Part shown: piece by piece, positions 9,436-17,172 of the stretch | Layout: each line of letters begins with the position of its first letter | Position numbering within the stretch: the first letter of the stretch is position 1 | Source of the DNA: Planctomycetota bacterium | GTDB taxonomy: Bacteria > Planctomycetota > UBA8742 > UBA2392 | Assembly: GCA_015075515.1 (NCBI GenBank) | Contig: JABTUE010000003.1 | Span: forward strand, 700,005-764,004 | DNA: 64,000 nucleotides | Reading direction: 5' to 3' | Position numbers and translations under genes: made by a program | The notes under the pieces: model-generated | Told to the model about the DNA's origin: nothing | Databases searched by the model: none | The model's input: only the letters and a program-made list of their open reading frames with translations

Positions 9436-11419
9436 GGGCAATCGCCTCCTGTAGCTGCTTCATCACGTCCTCCAGCGCGTAGCCGTTGTGCGACGCCGCG
9501 CGCGCCACGCTTTCTTCGCCGCCGCAGCAGGCATCCAGCCCCAGGCGCGAAAACACCGGCACCGTGCGCGGATACGCCCGGGCCACGTCGGCCACCGACC
9601 GTCCCGGGTCAATCGCCGCAACCGGCGCGACGGGCGGGGGCGACGGTGGCGCGGCTCCTGTGGCGCGGCGCAGATCCGCCAGCAGCGCGTCCAGGTTCAC
9701 ACCCTTGAGCGCGCAGGCCTGCTCCAGACTGACCGCGCGCGCCAGAGTGTTGCGCGCTACCGGGTTCTTCAGCAGCCCGAACCCGTGCCAGGCAAACACC
9801 TCGATCGTGTGAGGCCAGCGCGCCAGAATCGCCGCCACGTTGGCCCGGGCGTTCAGTTCCGTGGCCGGGGCGATGACATCGGCAGGCCGCGCGCGGATCA
9901 GCAGCCCGCCGATGTGCGCCCCCCACAGCAGCAGCGCCAGCGCCGCCAGCGCCGAACCCGCACCCAGCACAACGAACGCGGCGGTGTGGTAATCCAGGGC
10001 GGTCTCACCCGCCAGGCGCAACGCCACCGCCAGGTTCAGCAGCCACAGCACAGCGCGCTTGCGGCCCAGCATGGCCGGGTTGATGCCGCGCAGCGTGGGC
10101 ACAACCTTGAGCGACACGGCCACGATCATCTGGGCAATGAACCCCAGTGTCAGGGTGTGGCGCACCGCGCCGTGATAGCCGTGGCCGAAATACCCCAGCA
10201 GCGAAATGTACACCGGCTCCAGCAGCCACAGCACCAGCGCGACCGCCAGCCACCCGTGCGCGGCGCGCACGAACGGAATGCTGCGGTCGCGCCCCGCGGG
10301 CGTGCGCCAGGGGCGAAAACCCGTCAGGACGCCAAGCACTGAAACCGCAAACACCAGCAGAGCCAGCCAGTACATCGTCTGAAGGGTCGCAACGCTCAGG
10401 GGTGCGGCAGCCAGACCGCGCTTGGCCGCCATGGACCAGCCAAACCCGGTAACCATGACCGCCAAGCCCAGGTTCAACGGCCAGAACCAGAACTTCATGG
10501 CGCGCTGGCCCGGATCGGCAAAACCGAACACCGGCGGCAAAAACCTTTGCATCACGCCCAGAATCAGGATCGTCGCTCCGCCCAGCAGTTGCACCATGCG
10601 CAAGGGCTCCTGCAGCGCCGCAATGCGCGGAATCAGTGTGCCAAAGCCGTCGGCTGTGGTGATGGCCGCCAGATGCACCCCCGCGGCCAGCGACCCCAGC
10701 ACGAGCCACCCCGCCGCGGCAAACACATAGCGGTCATAGGCCGCCCATCCGGCCCCCGCCACGGCGCAGGTGCGCCACAGGATCAGCGCGAACAGGGCCA
10801 GCGCCACGGTTTCCAGCCCGCTGCCGGCAAGGGCCAGCGCCAGCCACGGACCACCGAATGAAAACACCGGACCGGACATGTCCAGCGCCAGCATCTCGCC
10901 GGCCACGCGCGCGGACACACCCAGCGCCATCAGCACAAACGAAAACAGCGCCAGTTTCGGCCGCCACAACGAGGCGTGCTTGAAGCGCGGCAGGGCCTGG
11001 TAGCCGAAACCCATGATGAACATGCCCGCAAACCCGGCCACCATCGCGTGGGCGTGGGCGTTGATCAGGTTGATCGGCGGCGACACCAGGCTGCCCCCGG
11101 CCCAGGCCCGCCCCATCACATACAGACCCAGAATCACACCCGGCACCAGCGCAAAGGCCAGTCCGCCCAGAAAGAACGGGCGGTACAACGCGTCGGTCAG
11201 GCCGGGTGCGGAAGGCGCTGGCGGGGCTTTGGCGGGCGCGGCGTTCAGCTCCCGCAGCAGGCGGTCGAGTTCCACACCGTGGGCGGCCGCAAAGAACGCC
11301 AGGGTTTCATCGGGCCCGGTCGCGCCGCCGCACCCGCGCAGTCCGTACCGATCCAGCACAGGTCTCAGGTGCGGTGCCCTGGCCAGCAGGCGGGGGATGG
11401 TTTCCTCGGGGTGGATCAT
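9422..11419 (-). CDS. NnrS-family polytopic membrane protein fused to three DUF1858/ScdA_N-type soluble domains
   Basis: 665 aa. The N-terminal roughly 60 aa (IPRLLARAPHLRPVLDRYGLRGCGG...) form one soluble module. A long multi-TM core rich in conserved His follows. Two C-terminal modules complete the protein, and the last one (VADVARAYPRTVPVFSRLGLDACCGGEESVARAA) closely resembles the YtfE/ScdA N-terminus. Confidence 0.7.
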   Translation of the reverse strand: MIHPEETIPRLLARAPHLRPVLDRYGLRGCGGATGPDETLAFFAAAHGVELDRLLRELNAAPAKAPPAPSAPGLTDALYRPFFLGGLAFALVPGVILGLYVMGRAWAGGSLVSPPINLINAHAHAMVAGFAGMFIMGFGYQALPRFKHASLWRPKLALFSFVLMALGVSARVAGEMLALDMSGPVFSFGGPWLALALAGSGLETVALALFALILWRTCAVAGAGWAAYDRYVFAAAGWLVLGSLAAGVHLAAITTADGFGTLIPRIAALQEPLRMVQLLGGATILILGVMQRFLPPVFGFADPGQRAMKFWFWPLNLGLAVMVTGFGWSMAAKRGLAAAPLSVATLQTMYWLALLVFAVSVLGVLTGFRPWRTPAGRDRSIPFVRAAHGWLAVALVLWLLEPVYISLLGYFGHGYHGAVRHTLTLGFIAQMIVAVSLKVVPTLRGINPAMLGRKRAVLWLLNLAVALRLAGETALDYHTAAFVVLGAGSALAALALLLWGAHIGGLLIRARPADVIAPATELNARANVAAILARWPHTIEVFAWHGFGLLKNPVARNTLARAVSLEQACALKGVNLDALLADLRRATGAAPPSPPPVAPVAAIDPGRSVADVARAYPRTVPVFSRLGLDACCGGEESVARAASHNGYALEDVMKQLQEAIAHDKA

Positions 11420-11468
11420 GGCCGCCTCCCTATATCAATATAACGCGACCTGATTATCTCTTTATTCC

Positions 11469-13214
11469 TCACAGCGCGCCAGCGCATTCCACAAACCGGC
11501 ATCGCGCCGGCACCGGGCCGCCCTGTACGGTCCCCGGATCAAAGTTGGCCTCGTAGAATGTGGGCGGTTCAAGTGTCATGCCGTGCGCCAGCCGGCGGGC
11601 TTCGGCCCGCATGCGCCACAGCACATAGCGCCCCCCCAGCGCCGCAGCCAGGCGCGCCTTCAGGCCGAACTCGGCATACAGCCGCCCCAGCAGTTGCCCC
11701 AGCCGCCCGTAGTGAGGTGTCGCGCGCCCCAGCCAGTTCCTGGCGGCAGCCACCACGGCAGCAAAGGTGGTAGGCAGTTCGCGGCCCTCCCAGCGCACGC
11801 GGTCGCGCACGCGCGGGTCGGGGTGGTTCTTGTGACGCAGCCAGCCCTTGAGCGTGGTCTCGATGATGCGCACGACACTGGGGCCATTGACTTCAAAATC
11901 GCGCCGAAACGCCGCCAGAAGCAGCGCGGTCTCTTCGCCGTCGCGCAGATGCGGGTGCCGGTAGTTGAAGCGCTCCTGGCCATGAATCTTCGGCAGCCCG
12001 ACCTCGGATTCGGCCAGAATCCGGCCCTGGGCCGCCAACTCGCGGTGCAGTTGCGTGCCGGGCAGGGGCGTATACAGCATGAACTGGTGAAAATCCGTGG
12101 CGTGCGCCACGGCGTAGTCAATCGCCTCGTGGATGTTGTCCCGGGTGTGGGACTCAAGGCCGATGATGGTGCTGCCCAGCACGCGAATGCCGTTTTCCTG
12201 AAACTTGTGAACCATGGCGCGGGTGTCGGCACCGGCCAGCTTGCCGTAACGGCTGTCTTTGCCCTCAAGGCCCAGCCACACCCACGACACACCCAGCCTC
12301 AGCAGTTCGTCCATCGAATAACGGCGCAGCACATTGGCCGAGCTGAACAGGTACAGCGCCCAGGGTTTGCGCGCGGCCTCCATGCGGCTTAGCAGCGCCA
12401 GGGCCCGGCGCCGGTCCAGCAGGAAGTTTTCGTCCATCACAAAGAACGACCGCGCCCCGGTCTCGCGCTCCAGCCCGCACAGAATCTCGAACAGTTCGTC
12501 GCCCGAGGCATAGAAGACACTGGAGCGCCCCTTGCCGCCAAACATGGCCGACGTCGAGCAGAAATTGCACCCGATCGGACACCCCACCGAGGGAATCACC
12601 GTGGCTGCCGTTTCGCCCGGCCGGTTGGGCACCGCAACGCCCATGCTGCGCATGTTCACCGGCGACAGCACCACCGGGTGCCGGATCGGCGCGCCGGTGT
12701 CTTCGCCCAGATAGGCGCGGAACCAGGCCACACCCTCGCCGCGCACGATATGGTCGGCGTCAACACGGGCATGCAGGTCGTCCAGATTGGCGATGTGGCC
12801 CCCGATCACGATCTTGGCATGGGGCTGGTACCGCCGGATCAGTTCGCACATGTGCTTTACCTTCAGCACGTTGACGATGATGCTGCTGATGCCGATCACG
12901 TCGTAGGCGCGCGATTTCAGTTCGAGCACAAACCGTTCCAGCGTGGGAAAGTCCAGCACCGTGCATGGCGCCGAAATGTTGCACTGGATCAGCATGATGC
13001 CCCAACTGCGGTGGAACATGCGCAGGGAAAACGGCCCCTGCACCCGCGTGACCTGGTTGTGGTACAGCTCCATCGGGTTGATCACGCTGCCGCCGAATTC
13101 GTCATCGCGGGCATAGGGCCCGAACACGCTGCACAGAAGCACGCGGGCGCGCGTGCCACGGGGGTGAAGTGGCGGCGCGGGAACAGCCTTGGCCGGAACG
13201 GTGGTCTGCAACAT
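11469..13214 (-). CDS. B12-binding-domain radical SAM protein (class B)
   Basis: 581 aa with an N-terminal cobalamin-binding-like domain. The radical SAM cluster motif is CPIGCNFCS, and the C-terminal extension is long. Confidence 0.85.
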   Translation of the reverse strand: MLQTTVPAKAVPAPPLHPRGTRARVLLCSVFGPYARDDEFGGSVINPMELYHNQVTRVQGPFSLRMFHRSWGIMLIQCNISAPCTVLDFPTLERFVLELKSRAYDVIGISSIIVNVLKVKHMCELIRRYQPHAKIVIGGHIANLDDLHARVDADHIVRGEGVAWFRAYLGEDTGAPIRHPVVLSPVNMRSMGVAVPNRPGETAATVIPSVGCPIGCNFCSTSAMFGGKGRSSVFYASGDELFEILCGLERETGARSFFVMDENFLLDRRRALALLSRMEAARKPWALYLFSSANVLRRYSMDELLRLGVSWVWLGLEGKDSRYGKLAGADTRAMVHKFQENGIRVLGSTIIGLESHTRDNIHEAIDYAVAHATDFHQFMLYTPLPGTQLHRELAAQGRILAESEVGLPKIHGQERFNYRHPHLRDGEETALLLAAFRRDFEVNGPSVVRIIETTLKGWLRHKNHPDPRVRDRVRWEGRELPTTFAAVVAAARNWLGRATPHYGRLGQLLGRLYAEFGLKARLAAALGGRYVLWRMRAEARRLAHGMTLEPPTFYEANFDPGTVQGGPVPARCRFVECAGAL

Positions 13215-13303
13215 GGCAGGGAACCCCGGTGGAAGGAAAGGAAGGTATATAGGCTATCCTGGTCCTGTTATCCATATGTCAGACGCAAAAGATACGGCCC
13301 GGC

Positions 13304-13492
13304 CTACAAAACCTTGCGCCCACGAAGATCTTTCCACACCCGGTACGCGTACCCCGCGCCCGCGATCACAAAAAGCGGCTGGGCCAGAAACACGAACGCG
13401 GCCATCGCGTAAGGCCCCGGATCCACGGCGTACAGTGCTGTGATCAAAAACGCCACTGCGGCAGCCAGGGCTGGAAGACGCACCGAGTTCAT
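13304..13492 (-). CDS. small (62 aa) two-helix membrane protein, possibly NapE-like
   Basis: The ATG overlaps the stop of the cytochrome gene (ATGA). The protein is hydrophobic (LPALAAAVAFLITALYAV, AAFVFLAQPLFVIAGAGYAYRVW). Its tail resembles the GGYGFxVW end of NapE as I recall it. The ORF-track version of 122 aa is over-extended. Confidence 0.45.
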   Translation of the reverse strand: MNSVRLPALAAAVAFLITALYAVDPGPYAMAAFVFLAQPLFVIAGAGYAYRVWKDLRGRKVL

Positions 13493-14169
13493 CGTTTTTC
13501 TCCCGTCAGCCGGCCGTAATCCGCGTGGCCGGGCGTGCGCTGGTCGCGCGTCGGGTGCGCGCGGCCGTGGCAGTTCAGGCAGCTCAGGCTGCTGTCGGCC
13601 AGCCGCGCGCGAACCGTTACATGTGACGGCACGGCCACAAAACGCGGCGTGCCTTCGTGGCACTTCAAGCAATTGTCGTTGTGGAACACACCGCGAAACT
13701 TGATTGGCTCGGTGAATGTGCCGGTGGTGTACCGCGCCAGGTGCCGGTAGCCCTCCATCTTGGCGCGCAGGTCACCCGCCAGGCCGTAATCAGAGTGGCA
13801 CACAAAGCACTGGTCCTTGGCGATCCAGCCGTTGCGAAAGTGGCGCGCCGCCAGCGTCTGGCTTGACGCGTCGCGCATGTCCGTGACCATCGGCGTCATC
13901 ACGTGGCAGCGGTTGCAGGCCTCTACGCCGTGCACGCCCTCAACCGTGTGATAGTTCGCCACCGCCACCGTGGCCGCAGGCACGGCAAACAACGCCGCCA
14001 GCGCCAGCAGCTTGAAAAACGCCACGCCCGAAACCGTCGCCACTCCCAGCGAAACCTTGCGTTCGGGGTCAATCCGGCCGAAGTTCACCCGCGCCACCCA
14101 CACACACAGCAACGCGCCCAGAACACTGAGCACGCCGGTCAGGACACGAAACACATCGGCTGTTTCCAT
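13489..14169 (-). CDS. membrane-anchored tetraheme cytochrome c (NapC/NirT/NrfH-like)
   Basis: Four CxxCH motifs (CNRCH, CFVCH, CLKCH, CLNCH) follow two N-terminal hydrophobic helices. GGAG lies 7 nt before the ATG. Confidence 0.85.
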   Translation of the reverse strand: METADVFRVLTGVLSVLGALLCVWVARVNFGRIDPERKVSLGVATVSGVAFFKLLALAALFAVPAATVAVANYHTVEGVHGVEACNRCHVMTPMVTDMRDASSQTLAARHFRNGWIAKDQCFVCHSDYGLAGDLRAKMEGYRHLARYTTGTFTEPIKFRGVFHNDNCLKCHEGTPRFVAVPSHVTVRARLADSSLSCLNCHGRAHPTRDQRTPGHADYGRLTGEKR

Positions 14170-14181
14170 CCGTCGCTCCGG

Positions 14182-16479
14182 CTAGTCCCGAATCTTGCGG
14201 AACTGCACCGCCGTCAGCTTGAACTCAGGCTCTTTCGAAACCGGATCCACGTGGTCGGCCACCACCCGGTTCACCAGCAGTCTTGCGTCATAAAACGCGG
14301 CAAACACCAGCCCCGGCCGCAGGTCCGGGTCTGTCACGGCCCGGCCCCGCACAGAACCAAAGCGACTGGAAAACTCGACCATGTCGCCCGAACTCACGCC
14401 GCGAGCGGCAGCATCAGCCGGGCTGACCATAAAACGCGCGGGGCCGGCCGCACCGCCAAGTTCGGCGATCCGCCCGGTCATGGTGCCGGTGTGCCACTGT
14501 TCCAGCACGCGCCCAGTGGTCAGGTACAGGGGGTAGTCTTCACCCGGCTGTTCGGGCGACGGCACATAGGGACACAGCGTGATCACGGCGCGTTTGTCCT
14601 TCTGGCCGTAAAACTCGATACCCGCGCCCTTGCTGACAAACGGGTCGTCGCCTTCCACATACCGCCGCACGGTGCCGGGGTGGTCTTCGGTCGGACACGG
14701 CCACTGCAGACCCGGCAGCGCGCGCAGCCGTTCGTAGGTCATGCCCTCAAAGTTGTAAACGCTGTGCGCGCTCATGTGCCGCCATTCGTCCCACACCTCC
14801 TGCGGCGTGCGCGCCTTGATCAGTTGGCCAAGCCCCAGCCTTTCCGCAAGCTGGGTCAGTATCCACAGATCCGGTCTGGCCTCACCGGGCGGGTCAATCA
14901 GCTTGTCCACAAGCTGGTAGCGGCGCTCGCCCTGGCCCAGCACACCCTGCTTTTCACACCACAGGGCCGCCGGCAGAAGCACGGACGCGGTCTTTGCCGT
15001 TTCACTGTCGGCCACGATCTCGCTGACCACGGTAAAAGCCTTGTCCATGGCCGCCGCGTAGCGATCGCAATCGGGCATGGACTGGGCGGGGTTGGTGCAC
15101 AGGATCAGCGCGCCCTTGACCCTGCCGTCCTCAAGGGCGCGGAACAACTCCACGGCGTGATAGCCGGGCCGCGGCGAGATCGTCCCTTCCGGCACGCCCC
15201 ACAGTTTTTCGACCTCGCGGCGGTGAGCTTCGTTGGTCACCTGGCGACCACCCGGCAGGGCATGCGCCAGCGCGCCGGTATCGCGCACGCCGCCGCAGGC
15301 ATTGGGCTGGCCGGTAATACTGAAGGGGGTGGCGCCGGGCCGCCCGATCTGGCCGGTCAGCAGGTGCAGGGCATTGAGCATGATGTTCAGCGCCGTGCCC
15401 TGGGTGCGCTGGTTGGCACCCATCGTCCACAGCGACATCGCCGCCCCCGCCCGGGCAAACCGGTGCGCTACATGCCGGATCACATCCGCACCGATACCGA
15501 GGCGCCCGGCCACGGCCGGGGGTGTGTAGTCGGCCAGAAACGCCGCGAACTCGTCAAAGCCCACCGTGTGGCCGTCACGCGCAAAGCGCACATGACGATC
15601 CACAAAGGCCCGGTTCACCAGACCGTCTTCCACCATCACGCGGGCCATGGCATTGAGCAGCAGCAGGTCCGTGCCCGGAACTACCGGCAAATGCAGGTCG
15701 CAGCGTTTTGCCGTGGGGCTAAGGCGTGGGTCCACACAGATCGTGTACACGCGCGGGTCGGCCGCGCGACGGCGCTGGATGCGCTCCCACAACGGCGGGT
15801 GGCATTCATAGGGATTGGCCCCGAACAGCAGCAGCACATCGGCATGGTCAATGTCCTCGTAACTGCCGGGTGGTTCGTCCTTGCCGTACACCGACACGTA
15901 CCCGGCCGCCGCCGAGGCCATGCACAGGCGCGGGTTGCCGTCCACGTTGTTGGTGCGCAGGCCGGCCTTAAACAGCTTGTTGGCTGTGTACGATTCTTCG
16001 GTGAACAACTGGCCGCTGCCGTAGAACGCCAGTGCGTCGGGACCGTGGGCGTCACGGATTTCCCCAAAGCGCGCGGCCACCAGATCCAGCGCCTCGTCCC
16101 AGCCAGCCTCGACCAGTTTGCCGCCCTTGCGGATCATGGGCCGCGTCAGCCGGCCCTCAATGCGCGGCAGTTCGCGCAGCATGGAACCCTTGACGCAGAT
16201 GACGCCGCGGTTGTGGCCGGATTCGTGGCCGCGGATGTCTACAATCTGGCCGTCGCGCAGACCCACGCGGATCGTGCAGCCGGTGCCGCAAAAACGGCAG
16301 ACTGACTTGTGCCACTGATCGGCGGTGCCGGGCGGCACCATCAGTTCCAGCGCGCCCCAACCCGCAAGACCGGCGCCAACGGCGGCACCAACGCCGCCCA
16401 AAACCCAGAGAAACTCCCGGCGGTAGGGATTGGCGGGCGCGTCCTGGGGCGGCAGTACGGGTTGTTCCCGGTCCGTCAT
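14182..16479 (-). CDS. Tat-exported molybdopterin oxidoreductase, nitrate reductase catalytic subunit-like (NapA/Nas family)
   Basis: Twin-arginine signal (YRREFLWVLGGVGAAVGAG). N-terminal 4Fe-4S motif CRFCGTGC...CVKG. Mo-ligand region NPRLCMASAAAGY. The start is taken at MTDREQ (16479). Confidence 0.8.
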   Translation of the reverse strand: MTDREQPVLPPQDAPANPYRREFLWVLGGVGAAVGAGLAGWGALELMVPPGTADQWHKSVCRFCGTGCTIRVGLRDGQIVDIRGHESGHNRGVICVKGSMLRELPRIEGRLTRPMIRKGGKLVEAGWDEALDLVAARFGEIRDAHGPDALAFYGSGQLFTEESYTANKLFKAGLRTNNVDGNPRLCMASAAAGYVSVYGKDEPPGSYEDIDHADVLLLFGANPYECHPPLWERIQRRRAADPRVYTICVDPRLSPTAKRCDLHLPVVPGTDLLLLNAMARVMVEDGLVNRAFVDRHVRFARDGHTVGFDEFAAFLADYTPPAVAGRLGIGADVIRHVAHRFARAGAAMSLWTMGANQRTQGTALNIMLNALHLLTGQIGRPGATPFSITGQPNACGGVRDTGALAHALPGGRQVTNEAHRREVEKLWGVPEGTISPRPGYHAVELFRALEDGRVKGALILCTNPAQSMPDCDRYAAAMDKAFTVVSEIVADSETAKTASVLLPAALWCEKQGVLGQGERRYQLVDKLIDPPGEARPDLWILTQLAERLGLGQLIKARTPQEVWDEWRHMSAHSVYNFEGMTYERLRALPGLQWPCPTEDHPGTVRRYVEGDDPFVSKGAGIEFYGQKDKRAVITLCPYVPSPEQPGEDYPLYLTTGRVLEQWHTGTMTGRIAELGGAAGPARFMVSPADAAARGVSSGDMVEFSSRFGSVRGRAVTDPDLRPGLVFAAFYDARLLVNRVVADHVDPVSKEPEFKLTAVQFRKIRD

Positions 16480-16519
16480 GACCGGGAGCGTATCAATCAC
16501 GCCGTGAAATTTAAGCTGA

Positions 16520-16560
16520 CAGGCCGGCGGGCCGAGAAATGTCTCAGCCCGCACGGCCTG
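16520..16560 (-). terminator. stem-loop immediately after the Cys-rich gene, upstream of the napA-like gene (attenuator or partial terminator)
   Basis: CAGGCCG (16520-16526) pairs with CGGCCTG (16554-16560), and an inner GGGC pairs with GCCC. On the minus strand an A/T-rich tract (TCAGCTTAAATTTCAC) follows. Confidence 0.35.
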
Positions 16561-16565
16561 CGGCG

Positions 16566-17054
16566 TTATTTGCAGCCTTCACAGCCAAGGCACAGACTGC
16601 CGCCCTTGCAGCCATCGCAGCCTTCGCAGTAGTCGGCGCCCTTGCAACCCTGGCAGCCCTCGCAGTAGTCGCAGCCCTGGCAGCCTTCACAGTCTTCGCA
16701 GTAATCACAGCCCTTGCAGTTGATGCAGACCTTGACCACCTTGCCGTCGGCGGTCTTTTCCTCGATCACGCTGTCGCAGCCTTTGCAGTTGACGCAGTTG
16801 CGGCACTTCTTGCAGCCCTTGCACCCCACGCACTTGGCGCACTTGTCGCAACCCTTGCAGTTGACGGCCTTGGCGCATTTGTCGCAGCCCTTGCAGTCCA
16901 GGCACTTGTCACACTTGTCGCAGCCCTTGCAGTTTTCGCATTTGGCCATTTTGGCTGCCGGGGCCTTTTCGGCCTGGGCGCGGGCTGTTTCCGACCCACC
17001 GGGCAAGCCGCAAAGTCCTGCCGTACACAGCAGCACCATAATCCACATACGCAT
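16566..17054 (-). CDS. secreted cysteine-repeat protein, (C-x-x)n, about 34 Cys in about 125 mature residues
   Basis: The ATG at 17054 is preceded by GGAGGA. Signal peptide: MRMWIMVLLCTAGLCGLPGGSETARAQA. Uninterrupted runs then follow, such as CENCKGCDKCDKCLDCKGCDKC, CKGCDKCAKCVGCKGCKKCRNCVNCKGC and CINCKGCDYCEDCEGCQGCDYCEGCQGC. I recognise no family. Confidence 0.7.
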   Translation of the reverse strand: MRMWIMVLLCTAGLCGLPGGSETARAQAEKAPAAKMAKCENCKGCDKCDKCLDCKGCDKCAKAVNCKGCDKCAKCVGCKGCKKCRNCVNCKGCDSVIEEKTADGKVVKVCINCKGCDYCEDCEGCQGCDYCEGCQGCKGADYCEGCDGCKGGSLCLGCEGCK

Positions 17055-17172
17055 GACGGTTCCTCCGTACTTTGCCGCACCATTCAGCCCAGTAACGGCA
17101 GCATAGCAGCCGGATTCAGCCGCACCAGCATATTCTGGATAACTATATCTATTTACCTTGGAACTCTGTCCG

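Noticed and set aside
13903-16305. An 800-aa ORF on the + strand.
   Set aside because: It is antisense to the NapA-like gene. Its sequence is a low-complexity R/H/G/A/Q-rich run with no motifs. The minus-strand frame carries the Tat signal, the Fe-S motif and the Mo-Cys motif. This is a typical GC-rich shadow ORF.
6603-16554. Longer ORF-track starts for several genes (6603 for the SDR, 4457 for bcrA, 7957 for hemerythrin 2, 13672 for the small membrane protein, 16554 for the napA-like gene).
   Set aside because: Each extension overlaps the upstream gene or a hairpin and lacks an RBS. Downstream starts have Shine-Dalgarno sequences or ATGA coupling, and they give canonical N-termini.
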